Shown one piece after another: positions 55,707 through 64,000 of a stretch of 64,000 bases of DNA. The notes beneath the pieces are model-generated. The model ran no database searches. It was not told the DNA's origin and saw only the letters and a program-made list of their open reading frames with translations. Within the stretch, counting starts at the first letter, position 1, and every line of letters starts with the position of its first letter. The position numbers and the translations under genes were made by a program. This stretch comes from Octopus vulgaris (lineage: Eukaryota), in contig OX597831.1 of NCBI GenBank assembly GCA_951406725.2, positions 71,052,001 through 71,116,000 on the forward strand. The letters are read 5' to 3'.

Positions 55707-55928
55707 CTTTGTGTTTGTGTTTGTCCCCATCGTCACTTGACAACTAATGTTGATGTGTTTATATCCTCATAACTTAGTGGTTTGGCAAAGGAGACTGATA
55801 GAATAAGTACTAAGCTTAAAAGATAAGTCCTGAGGTATATTTGTTCAACTAAAACCATTCAAGGTGATGCTCCAGCATGGCCACAGTCAAATGGCTGAAA
55901 CAAGTAAAAGAAAAAGGAATAAAAGAAT
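55404..55928 (+). mobile_element. Older SINE A whose middle is replaced by an RTE 3' end (~55495-55676)
   Basis: SINE head, then RTE UTR with GAT tail, then SINE 3' half. Confidence 0.8.
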
Positions 55929-55979
55929 ATATACTTACAGTTGAAAGAGAGAGAGAGAGAAGGACAAAGATATGTATGT

Positions 55980-56030
<51 letters not shown>

Positions 56031-56486
56031 TAAGGCAACCTATTGGCAGAGCCCTTAAAGCACTAAGTAGATTACATAGCAGTAATCAGTTTTGGTCCCT
56101 GCATTCTGAGTTCAAATTGTTCCAAGTTTGACTTGGCCTTTCATCCTTTTGAAGTCTATAATTTCAGTTGCAGTCCACCATTGAGGTTGATCCTCCTCTT
56201 CCTCAGATTCCTTCTTTCTTTTTCTGTTCTGATACTTGTTAAGAATACTTCTATATTAACTTAAGGCCTCACCTGGTTTTATGCTTCTTTCTCTCAATCC
56301 GTTTACATATGTATGATTGTCTGCAGAGCTGCTTGGGTGTGTGCAAGTATGGGCACATCCATTACTGCCTTCCCCACTTCTTCTCTATGCCCACCTTCTT
56401 AACACCATCTTTTTATCTCGCTTTCTGTCACTCTCTATTTTGCTATACAAACTTGTTTATCCATAACATCTATAACTAGGGTATAT

Positions 56487-56670
56487 GGCGCAGGAGTGGC
56501 TGTGTGGTAGGTTGCTTGTTTACCAACCACATGGTTCCGGGTTCAGTCCCACTGTGTGGCACCTTGGGCAAGTGTCTTCTACTATAGCCTCGGGCTGACC
56601 AAAGCCTTGTGAGTGGATTTGGTAGATGGAAACTGAAAGAAGCCCGTCGTATATATGTATATATATATAT
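56487..56670 (+). mobile_element. SINE A 5' half
   Basis: Ends in the internal TA tract. Confidence 0.88.
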
Positions 56671-56916
56671 TTAGATTCTCGACCCAATGTCAAATTTATT
56701 GATTTTTTTCCGAACTGGGGGAACTTGTCAAAATTTTTGCTGCGTTAGTTTTGAATTATGATATTGGGCTATGTGTGTGTGTCAAGTTTCATCAGAATCG
56801 GTTGAAAGCCGTTAAACTGCAGGGCTCAATGAATTTATTTACCCATCTATATGTTTTTGTCATACCTGGAATCTATTTATACATCTATATAGTTGGATAT
56901 ACCTGTAAGTTGAAAT

Positions 56917-57316
56917 AGGCTGTCTGGTAAGTAGCTTGCTAACCAACCACATAGTTCCGGGTTCAGTCCCACTGTGTGGCATCTTGGGCAAGTGTCTTCT
57001 GCTATAGCCCCGGGCCGACCAATGCCTTGTGAGTGGATTTGGTAGACAGAAACTGAAAGAAGCCTGTCGTATATATGTATATATATATGTATGTGTGTGT
57101 GTGTTTCTGTGTCTGTGTTTGTCCCCCTATCATTGCTTGACAACCGATGCTGGTGTGTTTACGTCCCCGTCACTTAGTGGTTCGGCAAAAGAGACCAATA
57201 GAATAAGTACTGGGCTTACAAAAAGAATAAGTCCCGGGGTCGAGTTCCTCGACTAAAGGCGGTGCTCCAGCATGGCCGCAGTCAAATGACTGAAACAAGT
57301 AAAAGAGTGAAAGAGT
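56917..57316 (+). mobile_element. SINE A
   Basis: Match to the family. Confidence 0.93.
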
Positions 57317-57817
57317 ATGGGGAGGTTCTGTAAGAGACTGGGTGTCTCGAGAACATAGTATACGACCTCACGAAACACGTGTAGTCGACAACTTTAAACA
57401 TGAACAGTATGTATTAAATATAGAGACAGTTTATAAGTATTTTGAGGGGGAATAGAAAGAAAGTTAAGACAGAGAAAGATGAAGAAGGGGAGAAGCAAGA
57501 GAAATGAGAAAGAAGAGACAAAACAGTGAGGAAAAAAGACAAGAGAGGGAAAAGGAGAGAAACCAAGATAATCTTGTTTTGTTTTCTCTCTTCTTTCTTT
57601 CTCCTTCTTCTGATGTCATGGTGTTTAAAATACATATTTATTGTTCACCCTATCAAGCTAGTTGAAACTAATCAATTTTCTAATTTGTGTTTGTATATTT
57701 ACCTATTTTCTTAGTTACATATTTAGCCTTAAGTAAAAATTAATAGGATAATTTTAATGCATGTTCATAACTGAAGCTAATGAAACGACTGAACGATTAG
57801 GTTTATACACTACTCAG

Positions 57818-58222
57818 TACTCTTTTACTCTTTTACTTGTTTCAGTCATTTGACTGCGGCCATGCTGGAGCACCGCCTTTAGTCGAGCAAATCGATCCCG
57901 GGACTTATTCTTTGTAAGCCCAGTACTTATTCTATCGGTCTCTTTTGCTGAACTGCTAAGTGACGGGGACGTAAACACACCAGCATCGGTTGTCAAGCAA
58001 TGTTGGGAGGACAAACACAGACACACAAACACGTACACACACACTTATATATATATATACGACGGGCTTCTTTCGGTTTCCGTCTACCAAATCCACTCAC
58101 AAGGCATTGGTCGGCCCGGGGCTATAGCAGAAGACACTTGCCCAAGATGCCACGCAGTGGGACTGAACCCGGAACCATGTGGTTGGTTAGCAAGCTACTT
58201 ACCACACAGCCACTCCCGTGCC
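57818..58222 (-). mobile_element. SINE A
   Basis: Reverse-complement match. Confidence 0.93.
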
Positions 58223-58483
58223 TATACTATATAATATTTCATTTCATTTTTTTATATTCAGCACTCAAATTCTGTCACAGTAGCATTTGTTTTTCTCCCC
58301 TGTAGATGATAAAATAAGAATTCAGTACAAGCCATTTTCCTCACCAAATTCCATTTTACATAACATGGAAATCTTTGAGAAAATAGGCTTCATATTCTGG
58401 ATTACAGCAAGTTTTCAAGGAATGCAGGGCTTCCATAATAATAGAATAATTGGATACCTCTGTACACACACACACACACGTGC

Positions 58484-58522
<39 letters not shown>

Positions 58523-58526
<4 letters not shown>

Positions 58527-58922
58527 CGCAGGAGTGGCTGTGTGGTAAGTAGCTTGCTTACCAACCACATGGTTCCGGGTTCAGTTCCACTGCGTGGCAT
58601 CTTGGGCAAGTGTCTTCTGCTATAGCCCCGGGCCGACCAATGTCTTGTGAGTGGATTTGGTAGACGGAAACTGAAAGAAGCCTGTCGTATATATGTATAT
58701 ATATATATGTATGTGTGTGTGTGTTTCTGTGTCTGTGTTTGTCCCCCTAGCATTGCTTGACAACCGATGCTGGTGTGTTTACATCCCCGTCACTTAGTGG
58801 TTCGGCAAAAGAGACCGATAGAATAAGAACTGGGCTTACAAAGAATAAGTCCCGGGGTAGATTTGCTCGACTAAAGGCGGTGCTCCAGCATGGCCGCAGT
58901 CAAATGACTGAAACAAGTAAAA
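58523..58922 (+). mobile_element. SINE A, full length (reference copy)
   Basis: A box TGGCTGTGTGG, B-box-like GGTTCAGTTCC, CORE-like GTGGCATCTTGGGCAAGTGTCTT and an internal TA/TG tract. Confidence 0.93.
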
Positions 58923-59457
58923 GGCTAAAGACTAAAGACATATATTCACTACTAGACCACATGGGTATTTCCTATGTTTAATTAGATTTTGAAACCAATT
59001 ACACATTTTTCAGAACAGTTAGGTTCAATTTTGTTTAGGAATGATTTCTGAATCAATGCTAAACATTGAAAGTGATCATCAGATAGATAATTTGCTCACA
59101 TCAGTTGGCTTCTTTAGCTGTGGATTCTGGCAAAAACAAAGACCTATGAAAGTTTCTTGGAAGTCTGGGGAGTCTAGTGAGTTCCAAAATGCATTATATT
59201 ATAACGGAAGCTCTAACCACAATCCCTATGATATCACTTCAGTTGTTTTGTAGATTTCCCCAAATTCTCTGTTTGCAATATTTAAAAAGATGAAAATTTG
59301 TTCAAGCAGAGACATTTTTGCTTCCTTTATCAATTAATAAAAGGAGGAAAGTCAGTAACTATAAATTTCATTGCAACCACACAAACTAGTAAGGTTAATG
59401 CCACGGAAGTTGAGACAACTGTCGAAATTCATTGGAAATTCGCTGGAGTGAAATGTG

Positions 59458-60154
59458 TAGTCATGGCCTAAAGTTTGGAACATTATTTTTTTAAAAGTTA
59501 ATATTCTTGTGCCCAAGTACGCCCACACACACACATACATACACACACACACATACAATGTAGAGATATACTTACCTAATAACTGATCCAATGGTTCAAT
59601 ATCTAGAAGAAAAAATAGACAAATTAAAAATATAGGGATCTTTTCGGTTTGAACGGCAGTTTTTTCTAGCGGTGTCATATGAAATTGTCACCCATAATTA
59701 TGACCCTAGTATCGATCTATGGCATTTCAATGTGCTTTTGGGTTAGGGTTAGTTAGGGTTAGGGGTGGGGGGAAGGGTATCTTTTTTTTTTCACAAATGT
59801 AAATAAACCCAATCTGTTTCTTAAATGAGGGACATAGTCATACGGCACAGAATGTTGTCACCTCAATAGACGTCAGTGATTGGTTGAAGTAGCAGAAATT
59901 GAAGAAAAAAACAAGAAATATCTTACAAACTATAGAATTTTCTCAATAAAGCCAAGAGAAAAAGATGTTTTATAAACACATTCTACCAGTATAGGAAGTT
60001 TAGAAATTTTTAGTTACCTAGAAATTATGTTAAAAACTGCCGTTCAAACCGAAAAGATCCAAATATAGCTCTAGACAAAATTGTTTACTTTTAATAAACA
60101 GAAGCTAATACATCATGTATGTGAAAATATGTTCCAAACTTTTGACCATAACTG
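59458..60154. mobile_element. Non-autonomous Tc1-like MITE hosting a nested MITE
   Basis: TAGTCATGGCCTAAAGTTTGGAACAT versus the reverse complement of the right end, CAGTTATGGTCAAAAGTTTGGAACAT (22/26 identical). TA follows the right end. Confidence 0.72.
59636..60060. mobile_element. 425-bp MITE with perfect 29-bp TIRs and 8-bp TSD (Merlin-like)
   Basis: GGATCTTTTCGGTTTGAACGGCAGTTTTT is inverted at the two ends. AAATATAG occurs at 59628-59635 and 60061-60068. Confidence 0.92.
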
Positions 60155-61563
60155 TAGATAGGAGGGAAATTTTAGTGGTTGCATTCTTGGGAAAATGATT
60201 AAGCAGGTGTTTAATCTGAAATTTGGTGGTGGCGGTCATCATCGTGGTTGTGGAGATACAGCAGAGGCATTGGGAGAATGGGAGACAGGTGTGTCACAGA
60301 TACTTGAGTGGAAGTGGTTTATTGTTTGCTAATTCACAGGAAGTATGACATTTGCAGAAGTGGTCGACAAATCCTTGAGAACAAACAGGATACATATGAG
60401 CAAGTGGTTGTAATGCAATGTTAAATGATTTGTTGCCTGTTCAACCAAATACAGCTGCACAAGAAGGTATACTACCTGCCAAACTGTAGTTGGTTCATAT
60501 AACATCAACCAGTATCCTGTTGCATTCATCGGTATGACCGCTTGCGCTGGTATACTACCCTTTTTTCAAATAGAATAGGTACCATGTGCAGATATGGCTT
60601 ACCGCAGCAAGCAGTTGGAGCATTGTATAACGAACGAGTGTTTCATCAACTTGCAGGACCAAGATAGCCCATGAAGAGGTCTTTGACCAACTTCTACCAC
60701 TTTCATCAACAACACAATAAAGTGAGATGCTGGGCAACATCTATTGTTCAACCTGATACCTATTTTTAAAAAATGGAGGGACAGGGTGGAAAGAACAAGG
60801 AGAGTCCCCCCAAAAGGATAGGGAGTGTCATGACTGGAACACATTTGAACTTTAGAGCTGCTTGATCAGTTTTGACTTGAGTTCGACACCACTTCTCTTG
60901 CTCTTCCTTCCTTCCTCTCCCGCGTCCACCGGGGGCTGGCGCCTCCGGCCATCACAGCCGCCTTCTGCAGTTGCGCTCTGTTCAGCTGCCGACGCCTTTT
61001 TTTTAATTTTATAGTAAAATGAATAATGAATAAAAGTCATTAGAAATACTGAACAAACTCTTTCCTCTGTGTCCAGACCCCAGTTAATATTGCAAGAACA
61101 TGAATAACAATACATGCAACAATGAAATATGCTTACTGTCAGCATCAAAATTTCAGTGGTGGCAAGAACAAAAGTTATATTTTTTTAATGTTAATTAGCT
61201 TTTATAGAATGAAACCTGGTAGTTTATATATCTATAAACATGTTGGGTGGAATTCTTTGGGATTTGAATAATTCACCCCTGAAAACATGAGTGTTCCATT
61301 CATCATCCTTAAACAACCCCTTATACAGGGACCTTTTGAGTGGGATGATCTACTCAATCTGAAGAAAATTCTAAATGGACTCCATCAGGTAGGTCATGCC
61401 CTGTTTATCTTGATATGGGGTCACCATGTCATTCATCACATGGATCAGGTGTCGTCATGATGAGAATATTGGACTTCATATATTGTACCCTAGTGTCTCA
61501 CTTTGAATGCATGCACAGCTTTCACATTCAATATTAATAATAGCAATACATGAATGTTATATA

Positions 61564-61643
<80 letters not shown>

Positions 61644-61704
61644 TGCATTATATGTGTGTATACATACATATATATTTAGATATATATACACACATACATA
61701 TACA

Positions 61705-61899
61705 TGTGACCTCGTGTGTACCATTGGCGATTTTGTTTCCTCTGTCTTCCCTTCTCTGGATCTTTCCTTCTCCTATGTTTCCGACGAAGAGCTCCGCGCT
61801 CGAAATGTTAAACCCTCCTTCTTTCCTGAGCATCCAATAATACTATATTTGTTCCACGTCCTCGCGTTGTTGTGTTTTTTGTGCTTTCTTGTTTGGATC

Positions 61900-61903
<4 letters not shown>
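61705..61903 (+). mobile_element. ~200-bp dispersed repeat with minimal hammerhead-like motif (Penelope pLTR-like)
   Basis: GUUU-CCGACGA-A-GAGC-uccgc-GCUC-GAAA-UG-UU-AAAC at 61777-61813. A second copy lies at 27597-27801. Confidence 0.75.
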
Positions 61904-61936
<33 letters not shown>

Positions 61937-61939
<3 letters not shown>

Positions 61940-62054
61940 ATTTCTTTACTACCCACAATGGGCTAAACACAGAAGGGACAAACAAGGACAGACAAATGGA
62001 TTGAACTCAGAACGTAGTGGCAGACGAAATACCTATTTCTTAACTACCCACAAT
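61937..62054 (-). mobile_element. Deleted SINE B multimer fragment
   Basis: Tail, internal deletion, then the GCAGACGAAATACCTATTTC junction and a second tail. Confidence 0.8.
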
Positions 62055-62128
62055 TATATATATATACCTACATTGTAATGGAATAATTATGATCCTCTAT
62101 ACAATATACCTACAGATACATGTAAATA

Positions 62129-62172
<44 letters not shown>

Positions 62173-63139
62173 TTTATATGTGTGTATGTGTCCGTATGTA
62201 TCCATGCATATATTTATGTATGCATATCTGCTTATACACAAAAACCTCTACACAATAAACACTACATGAACAGAGATATATTCTTGAAGAAATCATAACT
62301 TTTTTTTTTTTGGCGTTTCTAGCAATGTCCTCAAATGTTTTCTGCTTTTCTCAAACTTTGCAACATTTTCAGTGTTATCCGAGTGATATTTGAATCAATG
62401 AATATGTGATTCGTGATTTACAAAGTTACATTGTTTGTGCTTAAATGAGGTGCATGCAGCAATAGATAAATATTACCGGAAGAATTTGTATTCGATGGTT
62501 ATTGTTGTTTTTTTGCTGTTTTACATTTGCTACAATTTTAACAAGACACACATGTATGATACGCTATAGAAACTACAAAAGCGAAAAACAAAACGAAACA
62601 CAAAAGCCACATGTTCGTCATCCTTTCATTGATCATGCTCAATGCTAAACAAAAATAAACATTCTCTACCTTCGTCATCCTCATACTCCTCTTTTCCTTC
62701 CTCCTCCTCTTCATTATCATCATCATTTTTGACATTACTGAAACCAATGTCACCCCCCCCCCAACAACAACACACAGACACACAATCATCATTATTATCA
62801 ACATTGTTGTTTCCCTTAACATTTATTCTCAGTTCAGGTTATTGATTGGAGAACAGCAGTTAGGAGAAGGTGATTGCACTTGATGACCAGGGTGATTTTG
62901 CATCAGTAGTGCTCCTTGATTGGCCCCAGTTGGAGAATATTCTGCATCAGGAGAAATGTATTATCCATGTATTCATATATGACGAATAATTTTCATCTCC
63001 TTTTCTTTGTTACCTCCACATCTAATATTAAGTCAACACCCACACAAACTGCAACCTGTTTTTGTAATGACTGCTCAAAACCAATGGCAAATAAAAAAGA
63101 AATAATGATAAAAAAGAAATAATAATAATAATAATAATC

Positions 63140-63496
63140 ATGGCACGTAAAAAGCACCATCCGTTGGTGGCCGTTGCCAGCCTCGCCTGGCCCCCCATGC
63201 CGGTGGCATGTAAAAAGCACCATCCGTTCGTGGCCATTGCCAGCGCCGCCCCGACTGGCCTCCGTGCTGGTGGCACGTGAAAGCACCATCCATTCGTGGC
63301 CGTTTGCCAGCCCCATCTGGCACCTGTGCGGGTGGCACGTAAAAAGCACCCACTACACTCGCGGAGTGGTTGGCATTAGGAAGGGCATCCAGCCGTAGAA
63401 ACACTGCCAGATCAGACTGGGCCTGATGCAGCCTTCTGGCTTCACAGACCCCAGTTGAACCATCCAATCCATGCTAGCATGGAAAGCGGACGCTAA

Positions 63497-63529
<33 letters not shown>

Positions 63530-63540
63530 GTGATGATGAT
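63140..63540 (+). mobile_element. RTE-1 3' UTR with four repeat units and (GAT)n tail
   Basis: Match to 6770-7133. Confidence 0.88.
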
Positions 63541-63577
63541 CATCATCACCATCATCATCATCATCATTATTATTATT

Positions 63578-63750
63578 ACGGAGTGAGGGAGTAGCATATG
63601 CCATCAAAGTAACGCTGGAATACAAATATACGAAGCCCAATGTAGCCATTATGACTACTACCCATCTGATAAGGGTGCACCAAGCACATGCATCACAACT
63701 GTACATGTTCAACACAGTGACTTCATATCAAGATAAAGTGTGCATGACCT
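63578..63750 (-). mobile_element. Family E 3' fragment
   Basis: Match to 10130-10300. Confidence 0.75.
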
Positions 63751-63754
63751 TGAG

Positions 63755-64000
63755 AAATTTGAGAATATTCTGCACAATAAACTTGGCACGGCCCAAATTT
63801 AAGCTAGGTGGGTCCCACGTTTTGACACCTGATCAACTGATCAACAGTGCCCCAGACTGATCTCAAAGGGAAATCTGACACCATCTGAGGCAGATCCAGC
63901 TGGTTTCTTTCAATATCCCTTAATCCAGAATGAGTGTTGGGCTGATCACTTTGAGTCATAGACAAAGAGACAATCCATGCAGTGGGAACAGTCTCCTCAC
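63755..64000 (+). pseudogene. Decayed mariner transposase fragment running off the window
   Basis: ARWVPR..TPDQ..EADPAGFF..QNECWADHFES*TKRQSMQW across frameshifts. Confidence 0.78.

Noticed and set aside
56671-56815. Helitron/Helentron-like fragment (AAGTTTCATCAGAATCGGTTGAAAGCCGTT)
   Set aside because: Single short fragment with no termini to confirm it.
59740-59765. Telomere or interstitial telomeric site
   Set aside because: Only a few units, internal to a MITE.
60555-60740. QVDET motif as a Merlin/ISXO2 transposase beside the MITE
   Set aside because: No other catalytic motifs are present.

Overview
AT-rich, microsatellite-dense eukaryotic non-coding DNA. The SINE and RTE repertoire points to an octopus (coleoid cephalopod) genome; this is inferred from recognising the repeat families and was not tested. 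No intact host protein-coding gene is supported, and nearly all ORFs in the track are simple-repeat or SINE read-through. The window holds about 20 copies of one CORE-type tRNA-SINE, many copies of a Deu/Nin-domain SINE, other tRNA-SINEs, 3' fragments of several RTE LINE families and a CR1, a near-intact mariner, two maT (DD37D)-type Tc1/mariner relics, a POGK-like pogo carrying five nested retroelements, and nested MITEs. The strongest unexplained signal is a set of about 10 hammerhead-ribozyme-like motifs: CUGANGA, stem II, GAAA, a self-complementary stem III, then UH. One sits just downstream of a Penelope-like ORF end. Two fold-back palindromes (31071-31347 and 35908-36253) each consist of two inverted hammerhead units, one per strand. 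Coordinates were read by eye and may be off by a few bases.
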